Virus genome (UHGV): UHGV-0096542
Length of the DNA: 11,607 nt
Source of the DNA: a virus
Direction: 5' to 3' (one strand)
The notes under the pieces are model-generated. The model was not told the DNA's origin, did no database searches, and worked only from the letters and a program-made list of their open reading frames with translations. This document shows positions 1-8,196 of this stretch, piece after piece (within the stretch, counting starts at the first letter, position 1; every line of letters begins with the position of its first letter). The translations under genes and the position numbers were made by a program.

Positions 1-262
1 CAGAACACTTGTGCGGCAATATCCCGGTCAACTCGGAAAGTTGCTCGTTGCTCACCCAATCCAGTTTTTTATTAAAGCCATATGTTTTGCGCATGACAGC
101 CAGGAAGACCAGAAGCTGGTGCTGTGTTAATCCGGCCAGCATCACAGCTTCCAGCAACTCATTTGCAATGCGCGTATAACCATCATCGAGATCTGCCACA
201 TTACGCTCCTGTCCGGCAAAGTTACCTCTGCCGAAGTTGAGTATTTTTGCTGTATTTGTCAT
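1..262 (-). CDS. O: Replication initiator O, N-terminal part (gene continues past window start); first ~29 aa match lambda O, then divergent but O-like
   Basis: Minus-strand translation from ATG at 262..260 gives MTNTAKILNFGRGNFAGQERNVADLDDGY..., matching the lambda O N-terminus as recalled; lies 32 nt downstream of the cII stop as in lambda. Confidence 0.8.
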   Translation of the reverse strand, partial: MTNTAKILNFGRGNFAGQERNVADLDDGYTRIANELLEAVMLAGLTQHQLLVFLAVMRKTYGFNKKLDWVSNEQLSELTGILPHKCS

Positions 263-272
263 AATGACTCCT

Positions 273-349
273 GTTGATAGATCCAGTAATGACCTCAGAA
301 CTCCATCTGGATTTGTTCAGAACGCTCGGTTGCCGCCGGGCGTTTTTTA
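273..349 (+). ncRNA. oop: oop antisense RNA (about 77 nt) with its intrinsic terminator; pO promoter just upstream (-35 TTGAGT 237..242, -10 CATAAT 260..265)
   Basis: Sequence GTTGATAGATCCAGTAATGACC...GCCGCCGGGCGTTTTTTATT matches recalled lambda oop RNA; GC hairpin plus T-run at 3' end; antisense to the cII 3' end (overlap 295..349). Confidence 0.65.
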
Positions 350-588
350 TTGGTGAGAATCGCAGCAACTTGTCGCGCCAATCGAGCCATGTCGTCGTCA
401 ACGACCCCCCATTCAAGAACAGCAAGCAGCATTGAGAACTTTGGAATCCAGTCTCTCTTCCACCTGCTGATCTGCGACTTATCAACTCCCACAGCTTCCG
501 CTGTCTTCTCAGTTCCAAGCATTGCGATTTTGTTAAGCAACGCACTCTCGATTCGTAGTGCCTCGTTGCGTTTGTTTGCACGAACCAT
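295..588 (-). CDS. cII: Transcriptional activator CII (97 aa)
   Basis: Translation MVRANKRNEALRIESALLNKIAMLGTEKTAEAVGVDKSQISRWKRDWIPKF...EQIQMEF matches lambda CII; the six-frame ORF 295..648 is an upstream extension, true start is the internal ATG (586..588 reads 'cat' on +). Confidence 0.95.
   Translation of the reverse strand: MVRANKRNEALRIESALLNKIAMLGTEKTAEAVGVDKSQISRWKRDWIPKFSMLLAVLEWGVVDDDMARLARQVAAILTNKKRPAATERSEQIQMEF
565..578 (+). promoter_or_regulatory. pRE -35 region with CII binding repeat TTGC-N6-TTGC (TTGCGTTTGTTTGC), directing transcription toward cI
   Basis: Direct repeat TTGC..TTGC with 6-nt spacer overlapping the cII start codon region, as known for lambda pRE. Confidence 0.6.
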
Positions 589-667
589 ATGTAAGTATTT
601 CCTTAGATAACAATTGATTGAATGTATGAAAATAAATGCATACACCATAGGTGTGGTTTAATTGGAT

Positions 668-699
668 GCCCTTTTTCAGGGCTGGGATGTGTAAGAGCG
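668..699 (-). promoter_or_regulatory. nutR (boxA CGCTCTTA + boxB GCCCTGAAAAAGGGC hairpin) N-utilisation site
   Basis: Reverse complement of 668..699 reads CGCTCTTACACATCCCAGCCCTGAAAAAGGGC; located between cro and cII as in lambda. Confidence 0.8.
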
Positions 700-707
700 G
701 GAATGTC

Positions 708-2062
<1,355 letters not shown>

Positions 2063-2112
2063 TCCCCACCTCAATCTCGATAACCAAAAAACAAACTATT
2101 TTCCGTTTAAAA

Positions 2113-2186
2113 ACAATGGAGTTTGTTTTTCACGCCCCTTTTTTACAATATTTCTTGTTTACAACATACAATCTTTCTTGTAATTT
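2113..2186 (+). promoter_or_regulatory. 434-type left operator sites (2113..2126, 2145..2158, 2168..2181) and pL promoter (-35 TTTACA 2158..2163, -10 TAATTT 2181..2186) reading rightward into N
   Basis: Three ACAA-N6-TTGT 14-mers (ACAATGGAGTTTGT, ACAATATTTCTTGT, ACAATCTTTCTTGT) overlapping a sigma70-like -35/-10 pair with 17-nt spacing, upstream of nutL and N. Confidence 0.7.
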
Positions 2187-2226
2187 TAAGCCATCAGCAG
2201 GACGCACTGACCACCATTGAAGGTGA

Positions 2227-2257
2227 TGCTCTTAAAAATTAAGCCCTGAAGAAGGGC
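2227..2257 (+). promoter_or_regulatory. nutL (boxA-like TGCTCTTA + boxB GCCCTGAAGAAGGGC)
   Basis: Sequence TGCTCTTAAAAATTAAGCCCTGAAGAAGGGC; boxB is a perfect 5-bp stem with GAAGA loop, matching lambda nutL. Confidence 0.85.
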
Positions 2258-2415
2258 AGCATTCAAAGCAGAAGGCTTTGGGGTGTGTGATACGAAACGA
2301 AGCATTGGCCGGAAGTGCGAATCCGGATTAGCTGCAAATGAGCCAATCGTGGGGTGTTTTCGTTCAGGACTACGACTCACACACACCACCAAAGCTAACT
2401 GACAAGAGAATCCAG

Positions 2416-2739
2416 ATGGATGCACAAACACGCCGCCGCGAACGTCGCGCAGAGAAACAGGCTCAATGGAAAGTAGCAAATCCCCTGTTGGTTGGGGTAA
2501 GCGCAAAACCAGTTAACCGCCCTATTCTCTCGCTGAATCGCAAACCGAAATCACGAGTAGAAAGCGCACTGAATCCGATAGACCTTACAGTGCTGGCTGA
2601 ATACCACGAACAGATTGAAAGCAACCTGCAACGTATTGAGCGCAAGAATCAGCGCACATGGTACAGCAAGCCTGGCGAACGCGGCATAACATGCAGTGGA
2701 CGCCAGAAAATTAAGGGAAAATCGATTCCTCTTACCTAG
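2416..2739 (+). CDS. N: Antitermination protein N (107 aa)
   Basis: Translation MDAQTRRRERRAEKQAQWK.ANPLLVGVSAKPVNRPILSLNRKPKSRVESALNPIDLTVLAEYH... matches lambda N (arginine-rich boxB-binding motif at N-terminus); the longer ORF from 2338 is an upstream extension. Confidence 0.95.
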   Translation: MDAQTRRRERRAEKQAQWKVANPLLVGVSAKPVNRPILSLNRKPKSRVESALNPIDLTVLAEYHEQIESNLQRIERKNQRTWYSKPGERGITCSGRQKIKGKSIPLT

Positions 2740-3294
2740 TTACTTAGATATTGGCCTTGGCTTTATCTCAATATTATATGGATCATAGCTGGCAACTAAT
2801 TCAGTCCAGTAAATATCCTCAATAGGGAATAATATATGCTTCCCGTTCCATCGGGAAAAAGTTTTGTTCAACACACCAAGCTCAATCAACTCACTAATGT
2901 ATGGGAATTGTTTTGATGTAACCACATACTTCCTGCCTTCATTAAGGGCTGCGCACAAAACCATAGATTGCTCTTCTGTAAGGTTTTGAATTACCGATCG
3001 CACTTTATCGTTTTGCATCTTAATGCGTTTTCTTAGCTTAAATCGCTTATATCTGGCGCTGGCAATAGCTGATAATCGATGCACATTAATTGCTAGCGAA
3101 AATGCAAGAGCAAAGACGAAAACATGCCACACATGAGGAATACCGATTCTCTCATTAACATATTCAGGCCAGTTATCTGGGCTTAAAAGCAGAAGTCCAA
3201 CCCAGATAACGATCATATACATGGTTCTCTCCAGAGGTTCATTACTGAACACTCGTCCGAGAATAACGAGTGGATCCATTTCTATACTCATCAA
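2740..3294 (-). CDS. sieB: Superinfection exclusion protein SieB (184 aa, membrane protein; contains the nested in-frame Esc start)
   Basis: Translation MMSIEMDPLVILGRVFSNEPLERTMYMIVIWVGLLLLSPDNWPEY... matches recalled lambda SieB; opposite strand to the pL operon as in lambda; length equals the lambda gene (555 nt). Confidence 0.9.
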   Translation of the reverse strand: MMSIEMDPLVILGRVFSNEPLERTMYMIVIWVGLLLLSPDNWPEYVNERIGIPHVWHVFVFALAFSLAINVHRLSAIASARYKRFKLRKRIKMQNDKVRSVIQNLTEEQSMVLCAALNEGRKYVVTSKQFPYISELIELGVLNKTFSRWNGKHILFPIEDIYWTELVASYDPYNIEIKPRPISK

Positions 3295-3418
3295 ACTGTA
3301 GGGGTTGTAATAGTTTATCCGATTTCTCGCTGTAGGGGTACACGAGAACCACCGAGCCTGATGTGGTTAAAAGACAGGCACAATCTTTACTACCGCAATC
3401 CACTATTTAAGGTGATAT

Positions 3419-3505
3419 ATGGAAGAAGAATTTGAAGAGTTCGAAGAGCATCCGCAGGATGTAATGGAACAGTACCAGGACTATCCGTATGACTACGACT
3501 ATTGA
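3419..3505 (+). CDS. orf28: Small acidic protein orf28 (28 aa, MEEEFEEFEEHPQDVMEQYQDYPYDYDY)
   Basis: Short ORF read manually (below six-frame length cut-off); position and length match the lambda orf28 locus immediately upstream of and overlapping ral. Confidence 0.55.
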   Translation: MEEEFEEFEEHPQDVMEQYQDYPYDYDY

Positions 3506-3668
3506 TAAGAATCAATGGTGTGGACAATTCAAGCGATGCAATGGATGCAAGCTGCAATCGGAATGCATGGTTAAGCCTGAAGAAATGTTTCCTGTAATAG
3601 AAGATGGGAAATATGTCGATAAATGGGCAATACGAACGACGGCAATGATTGCCAGAGAACTTGGTTAA
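3489..3668 (+). CDS. ral: Restriction alleviation protein Ral, apparently truncated to 59 aa by an in-frame TAA (lambda-length reading frame would end at 3689)
   Basis: Translation MTTTIDKNQWCGQFKRCNGCKLQSECMVKPEEMFPVIEDGKYVDKWAIRTTAMIARELG then TAA at 3666..3668, followed in frame by QNNKAA + TGA at 3687..3689. Confidence 0.8.
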   Translation: MTTTIDKNQWCGQFKRCNGCKLQSECMVKPEEMFPVIEDGKYVDKWAIRTTAMIARELG

Positions 3669-3825
3669 CAGAACAACAAAGCTGCCTGATAGTGGCCTTT
3701 ATTTTTGGCATAAATAACAGAATAAACACTGCACTGTGTATTCATTCCAACGAGTGAATACACGGAGCAATGTCGCTCGTAACTAAACAGGAGCCGACTT
3801 GTTCTGATTATTGGAAATCTTCTTT

Positions 3826-3851
3826 GCCCTCCAGTGTGAGGGCGATTTTTT
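3826..3851 (+). terminator. Intrinsic terminator-like hairpin (GCCCTC-N6-GAGGGC followed by T-run) within the pL operon upstream of ea10; expected to be read through under N antitermination
   Basis: Perfect 6-bp GC-rich inverted repeat 3826..3831/3838..3843 followed by GATTTTTTAT. Confidence 0.45.
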
Positions 3852-3871
3852 ATCTATGAGGATATGAACAG

Positions 3872-4240
3872 ATGTCAAACATCAAAAAATACATCATTGA
3901 TTACGACTGGAAAGCATCAATAGAAATTGAAATCGACCATGACGTAATGACAGAGGAAAAACTTCACCAGATTAATAATTTCTGGTCAGACTCTGAATAC
4001 CGACTCAATAAACACGGCTCTGTATTAAATGCTGTATTAATCATGCTGGCGCAATATGCTCTGCTTATAGCAATTTCGAAAGACTTAAATGCATATGGTG
4101 TTGTTTGTGAGTTCGACTGGGATGATGGAAATGGTCAGGAAGGATGGCCTCCAATGGATGGTAGTGAAGGAATAAGAATTACCGATATCGATACATCAGG
4201 AATATTTGATTCAGATGATATGACTATCAAGGCCGCCTGA
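3872..4240 (+). CDS. ea10: Ea10 early protein (122 aa; lambda Ea10/ssb-like)
   Basis: ORF with RBS-like GAGGATATGAACAGATG context; position and length (369 nt) identical to the lambda ea10 locus between ral and cIII. Confidence 0.85.
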   Translation: MSNIKKYIIDYDWKASIEIEIDHDVMTEEKLHQINNFWSDSEYRLNKHGSVLNAVLIMLAQYALLIAISKDLNAYGVVCEFDWDDGNGQEGWPPMDGSEGIRITDIDTSGIFDSDDMTIKAA

Positions 4241-4312
4241 GTGCGGTTTTACCGCATACCAATAACGCTTCACTCGAGGCGTTTTTCGTTATGTATAAAT
4301 AAGGAGCACACC

Positions 4313-4477
4313 ATGCAATATGCCATTGCAGGGTGGCCTGTTGCTGGCTGCCCTTCCGAATCTTTACTTGAACGAATCACCCGTAAATTACGTGACGGAT
4401 GGAAACGCCTTATCGACATACTTAATCAGCCAGGAGTCCCAAAGAATGGATCAAACACTTATGGCTATCCAGACTAA
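4313..4477 (+). CDS. cIII: CIII protease inhibitor (54 aa, anti-FtsH)
   Basis: Translation [54 protein letters not shown] matches lambda CIII; AAGGAG RBS upstream; the ORF from 4241 is an upstream extension. Confidence 0.95.
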   Translation: MQYAIAGWPVAGCPSESLLERITRKLRDGWKRLIDILNQPGVPKNGSNTYGYPD

Positions 4478-4589
4478 ATTCACTATCGCCACTTTTATTG
4501 GCGATGAAAAGATGTTTCGTGAAGCCGTCGACGCTTATAAAAAATGGATATTAATGCTGAAACTGAGATCAAGCAAAAGCATTCACTAA
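4446..4589 (+). CDS. kil: Kil host-killing protein (47 aa, FtsZ inhibitor), overlapping the cIII 3' end
   Basis: Translation [47 protein letters not shown]; length and overlap with cIII as in lambda. Confidence 0.85.
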   Translation: MDQTLMAIQTKFTIATFIGDEKMFREAVDAYKKWILMLKLRSSKSIH

Positions 4590-4960
4590 CCCCCTTTCCT
4601 GTTTTCCTAATCAGCCTGGCATTTCGCGGGCGATATTTTCACAGCTATTTCAGGAGTTCAGCCATGAACGCTTATTACATTCAGGATCGTCTTGAGGCTC
4701 AGAGCTGGGCGCGTCACTACCAGCAGATCGCCCGAGAAGAGAAAGAGGCAGAACTGGCAGACGACATGGAAAAAGGCCTGCCCCAGCACCTGTTTGAATC
4801 GCTATGCATCGATCATTTGCAACGCCACGGGGCCAGCAAAAAAGCCATTACCCGTGCGTTTGATGACGATGTTGAGTTTCAGGAGCGCATGGCAGAACAC
4901 ATCCGGTACATGGTTGAAACCATTGCTCACCATCAGGTTGATATTGATTCAGAGGTATAA
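4544..4960 (+). CDS. gam: Gam RecBCD inhibitor (138 aa; internal start MNAYYIQ... at codon 41 gives the GamS form)
   Basis: Translation ...[98 protein letters not shown] matches lambda Gam. Confidence 0.95.
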   Translation: MDINAETEIKQKHSLTPFPVFLISLAFRGRYFHSYFRSSAMNAYYIQDRLEAQSWARHYQQIAREEKEAELADDMEKGLPQHLFESLCIDHLQRHGASKKAITRAFDDDVEFQERMAEHIRYMVETIAHHQVDIDSEV

Positions 4961-4965
4961 AACGG

Positions 4966-5751
4966 ATGAGTACAGCACTCGCAACGCTGGCTGGGAAGCT
5001 GGCTGAACGAGTCGGCATGGATTCTGTCGACCCACAGGAACTGATCACCACTCTTCGCCAGACGGCATTTAAAGGTGATGCCAGCGATGCGCAGTTCATC
5101 GCATTGCTGATCGTCGCCAACCAGTACGGTCTTAATCCGTGGACGAAAGAAATTTACGCCTTCCCTGATAAGCAGAACGGCATCGTTCCGGTGGTGGGCG
5201 TTGATGGCTGGTCCCGCATCATCAACGAAAACCAGCAGTTTGACGGCATGGACTTTGAACAGGACAACGAATCCTGCACATGCCGGATTTACCGCAAGGA
5301 CCGTAATCATCCGATCTGCGTTACCGAGTGGATGGATGAATGCCGCCGCGAACCATTCAAAACCCGCGAAGGCAGAGAAATCACGGGGCCGTGGCAGTCG
5401 CATCCCAAACGGATGTTACGGCATAAAGCCATGATTCAGTGTGCCCGTCTCGCCTTCGGATTTGCTGGTATCTATGACAAGGATGAAGCCGAGCGCATTG
5501 TCGAAAATACTGCATACACTGCAGAACGTCAGCCGGAACGCGACATCACTCCGGTTAACGATGAAACCATGCAGGAGATTAACACTCTGCTGATCGCCCT
5601 GGATAAAACATGGGATGACGACTTATTGCCGCTCTGTTCCCAGATATTTCGCCGCGACATTCGCGCATCGTCAGAACTGACACAGGCCGAAGCAGTGAAA
5701 GCTCTTGGATTCCTGAAACAGAAAGCCACTGAGCAGAAGGTGGCAGCATGA
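4966..5751 (+). CDS. bet: Red beta single-strand annealing recombinase (261 aa)
   Basis: Translation [82 protein letters not shown]... matches lambda Beta; stop overlaps exo start. Confidence 0.97.
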   Translation: MSTALATLAGKLAERVGMDSVDPQELITTLRQTAFKGDASDAQFIALLIVANQYGLNPWTKEIYAFPDKQNGIVPVVGVDGWSRIINENQQFDGMDFEQDNESCTCRIYRKDRNHPICVTEWMDECRREPFKTREGREITGPWQSHPKRMLRHKAMIQCARLAFGFAGIYDKDEAERIVENTAYTAERQPERDITPVNDETMQEINTLLIALDKTWDDDLLPLCSQIFRRDIRASSELTQAEAVKALGFLKQKATEQKVAA

Positions 5752-6428
5752 CACCGGACATTATCCTGCAGCGTACCGGGATCGACGTGAGAGCTGTCGA
5801 ACAGGGGGATGATGCATGGCACAAATTACGGCTCGGCGTCATCACCGCTTCAGAAGTTCACAACGTGATAGCAAAGCCCCGATCAGGAAAGAAGTGGCCT
5901 GACATGAAAATGTCCTACTTCCACACCCTGCTAGCTGAGGTTTGCACCGGTGTGGCTCCGGAAGTTAACGCTAAAGCGCTGGCCTGGGGAAAACAGTACG
6001 AGAACGACGCCAGAACCCTGTTTGAGTTCACTTCCGGCGTAAATGTTATTGAATCCCCGATCATCTATCGCGACGAAAGTATGCGCACCGCCTGCTCTCC
6101 CGATGGTTTATGCAGTGACGGCAATGGCCTTGAGCTGAAATGCCCGTTTACCTCCCGGGATTTCATGAAATTCCGGCTCGGTGGTTTCGAGGCCATAAAG
6201 TCGGCTTACATGGCCCAGGTGCAGTACAGCATGTGGGTGACGCGAAAAGATGCCTGGTACTTTGCCAACTATGACCCGCGTATGAAGCGTGAAGGCCTGC
6301 ATTATGTCGTGATTGAGCGGAATGAAAAGTATATAGCGAGTTTTGACGAGATGGTGCCGGAGTTCATCGAGAAAATGGACGAGGCACTGGCTGAAATTGG
6401 TTTTGTATTTGGGGAGCAATGGCGATGA
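5748..6428 (+). CDS. exo: Lambda exonuclease (Red alpha, 226 aa)
   Basis: Translation [69 protein letters not shown]... matches lambda Exo; ATGA overlap with bet. Confidence 0.97.
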   Translation: MTPDIILQRTGIDVRAVEQGDDAWHKLRLGVITASEVHNVIAKPRSGKKWPDMKMSYFHTLLAEVCTGVAPEVNAKALAWGKQYENDARTLFEFTSGVNVIESPIIYRDESMRTACSPDGLCSDGNGLELKCPFTSRDFMKFRLGGFEAIKSAYMAQVQYSMWVTRKDAWYFANYDPRMKREGLHYVVIERNEKYIASFDEMVPEFIEKMDEALAEIGFVFGEQWR

Positions 6429-6607
6429 AACATCCTCACGATAATATCCGCGTAGGCACGATCACTTTCGTCTACTCCGTTACGAAGCGAGGCTGGGTAT
6501 TTCCCGGCCTTTCTGTTATCCGAAATCCCCTGAAAGCACAGCGGCTGGCTGAGGAGATAAATAATAAACGGGGAGCTGTATGCACAAAGCATCTCCCGTT
6601 GAGTTAA
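6425..6607 (+). CDS. orf60a: Early-left operon small protein orf60a (60 aa)
   Basis: [63 protein letters not shown]; position and length match the lambda orf60a locus, overlapping the exo stop. Confidence 0.75.
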   Translation: MKHPHDNIRVGTITFVYSVTKRGWVFPGLSVIRNPLKAQRLAEEINNKRGAVCTKHLPLS

Positions 6608-6771
6608 GAACGAGTATCGAGATGGCACATAGCCTCGCTCAAATTGGAGTCAGGTTTGTGCCAATACCAGTAGAAACAGACGAAGAATTTCATACGTTAG
6701 CCGCATCCCTTTCACAAAAGCTGGAAATGATGGTGGCGAAAGCAGAAGCAGATGAGAGAGACCAGGTATGA
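6580..6771 (+). CDS. orf63: Early-left operon small protein orf63 (63 aa)
   Basis: [66 protein letters not shown]; position and length match the lambda orf63 locus. Confidence 0.75.
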   Translation: MHKASPVELRTSIEMAHSLAQIGVRFVPIPVETDEEFHTLAASLSQKLEMMVAKAEADERDQV

Positions 6772-7063
6772 CAACCACGGAATGCATTTTTCTGGCAGCG
6801 GGCTTCATATTCTGTGTGCTTATGCTTGCCGACATGGGACTTGTTCAATGACACCTCAGCAGGAAAACGCCCTTCGCAGCATTGCCCGTCAGGCTAATTC
6901 TGAAATCAAAAAAGCCAGACAGCAGTTTCCGGATAAAAACGTCGATGACATTTGCCGTAGCGTACTGAAGAAGCACCGCGAAACGGTAACGCTGATGGGA
7001 TTCACACCGACTCATTTAAGCCTGGCAATCGGCATGTTAAACGGCGTCTTTAAGGAACGATGA
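6752..7063 (+). CDS. orf61: orf61-like early protein, here open for 103 codons (lambda reference orf61 is 61 aa from the same start); alternative internal start at 6848 (MTPQQENALRSIARQ..., 71 aa)
   Basis: Start overlaps the orf63 3' end by 20 nt, the same arrangement as lambda orf61/orf63; codon 62 is AAA where the lambda-length gene would stop. Confidence 0.55.
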   Translation: MRETRYDNHGMHFSGSGLHILCAYACRHGTCSMTPQQENALRSIARQANSEIKKARQQFPDKNVDDICRSVLKKHRETVTLMGFTPTHLSLAIGMLNGVFKER

Positions 7064-7085
7064 ACATGAAAAGCAAAATCATCAG

Positions 7086-7106
7086 GGAGCTACAGGCTCC
7101 TTTTTT
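7086..7106 (+). terminator. Terminator-like hairpin (GGAGC-TACAG-GCTCC followed by TTTTTTATT) between orf61 and orf73
   Basis: 5-bp GC-rich inverted repeat followed by a T6 run; a 29-codon ORF (7066..7155) overlaps it but the hairpin plus T-tract fits a terminator better. Confidence 0.35.
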
Positions 7107-7161
7107 ATTATTCGCATTCACCCTCAAGCGTATTAACCAACAATTCAGGGATTAATGGAAG

Positions 7162-7383
7162 ATGGCAGACATCATTGATTCAGCATCAGAAATTGAAGAA
7201 TTACAGCGCAACACAGCAATAAAAATGCGCCGCCTGAACCACCAGGCTATATCTGCCACTCATTGTTGTGAGTGTGGCGATCCGATAGATGAACGAAGAC
7301 GCCTGGTCGTTCAGGGTTGTCGGACTTGTGCAAGTTGCCAGGAGGATCTGGAGCTTATCAGTAAACAGAGAGGTTCGAAGTGA
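7162..7383 (+). CDS. orf73: TraR/DksA-family C4 zinc-finger protein (lambda orf73-like, 73 aa), RNA polymerase secondary-channel binding regulator
   Basis: Translation MADIIDSASEIEELQRNTAIKMRRLNHQAISATHCCECGDPIDERRRLVVQGCRTCASCQEDLELISKQRGSK has the CxxC-N17-CxxC pattern (C-E-C ... C-A-S-C) and size typical of TraR-like proteins. Confidence 0.8.
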   Translation: MADIIDSASEIEELQRNTAIKMRRLNHQAISATHCCECGDPIDERRRLVVQGCRTCASCQEDLELISKQRGSK

Positions 7384-7535
7384 GCGAAATTAACTAGAAG
7401 CCAAAGATAAAATCATCGCTGAGCAGGAGAAAATCGCTAACGGAGAAAAGACAGTAAGTCAGTATATGAAAACCGCATGATATCATCAGATAAAAATCGG
7501 TCGTAGAGCAAAATATTAATACCAGAACAAACGAG

Positions 7536-7559
7536 TCGAGGTAAATTATATTACCTCGA
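7536..7559 (-). terminator. Hairpin (9-bp stem TCGAGGTAA / TTACCTCGA, 6-nt loop) immediately downstream of the minus-strand membrane-protein gene; candidate terminator for that gene
   Basis: Perfect 9-bp inverted repeat 7536..7544/7551..7559 about 35 nt beyond the stop codon at 7594..7596; followed on the minus strand by a moderately U-rich tract (CUCGUUUGUUCUG). Confidence 0.4.
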
Positions 7560-7593
7560 TAAATTAACTAAAACTTGCCCGCTATATACTATA

Positions 7594-8196
7594 TCATTCA
7601 GTATCATCACGCACGGTCTGTGCATATGTCACTACCGCACCTAATATATTAATTTTCTTTTCAACATAGATAATATTATCGTACTCATAATTGCCATACG
7701 GATAGCAAATGCGAATATTCTCATGTAGATCGGGGTCATCCACCTCAGCGCCAGAACAACTTTTTGAACTACCGGAAGTATACCGATACGGTGCAACATA
7801 AGACGATGTCTCTCCAGGCAAAAAATAAGTTAGTGTCGTAAGGGGTATAATCAGAAAAAATCCAGCAAATATGCACATCCCTGCATAAACCTTAAGGTAT
7901 GCTGACAGACTCTTCCAGCCTCTTTGTTTTACTATCCCCTTCTTAACCCAAAACAGAGATAACAGAAAAGCTATTCCCATGCTAAACAGAATGTAATAGT
8001 GGGATATACTCTGATTAAGAAACGTGACCCTGTAGATATCTGCCCGCCACCAGAAGAAAAGGAAAATAAAGATCAGCCCTGAAACTGTCATGCAAATCAA
8101 ATAAGGATACGAATCTTTTTTCATGTTTAGCGCCCATAAAATTTTTCCTGACCCGGACAAATTTACCATCCATTTTTTGCGCAGAAAATAACTCAT
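7594..8196 (-). CDS. Hypothetical integral membrane protein (200 aa from first ATG; alternative starts at codons 10 and 25), three predicted TM helices plus a ~75-aa C-terminal domain; antisense to the pL operon in the ea22/ea8.5 slot
   Basis: Long uninterrupted minus-strand ORF in a markedly AT-rich segment; hydrophobic stretches YLICMTVSGLIFIFLFFWW, YYILFSMGIAFLLSLFWV, VYAGMCIFAGFFLIIPLTTLTYFL; followed by a hairpin; no resemblance to lambda proteins I know. Confidence 0.7.
   Translation of the reverse strand: MSYFLRKKWMVNLSGSGKILWALNMKKDSYPYLICMTVSGLIFIFLFFWWRADIYRVTFLNQSISHYYILFSMGIAFLLSLFWVKKGIVKQRGWKSLSAYLKVYAGMCIFAGFFLIIPLTTLTYFLPGETSSYVAPYRYTSGSSKSCSGAEVDDPDLHENIRICYPYGNYEYDNIIYVEKKINILGAVVTYAQTVRDDTE

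Noticed and set aside
222-610. ORFs 222..581 (-) and 350..610 (+) overlapping cII
   Set aside because: Alternative frames or antisense of the cII coding region and oop; no independent start signals; cII identity is unambiguous.
589-667. tR1 terminator between nutR and cII (small hairpin ACACC-ATA-GGTGT at 643..655)
   Set aside because: lambda tR1 is rho-dependent and cannot be confirmed from sequence alone; the hairpin is short and lacks a T-tract, so I did not call it as a feature.
2338-2415. N-terminal extension of N (133-aa ORF)
   Set aside because: N protein begins at the internal Met (MDAQTRRR...) at 2416; the upstream codons lie in the N leader.
4692-6628. Antisense and alternate-frame ORFs inside gam/bet/exo (4692..5006 +, 4848..5120 -, 4933..5403 -, 5201..5434 +, 5529..5822 -, 5579..5845 -, 6108..6419 -, 6302..6628 -)
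   Set aside because: All lie within or opposite well-identified recombination genes and lack start-site signals; typical shadow ORFs in GC-balanced coding DNA.
6768-6851. 27-codon hydrophobic micro-ORF (MTTTECIFLAAGFIFCVLMLADMGLVQ) with ATGA overlaps at both ends
   Set aside because: It sits entirely inside the orf61 reading frame in another phase; the overlaps are suggestive but there is no independent support, so I treat it as a probable frame artefact.
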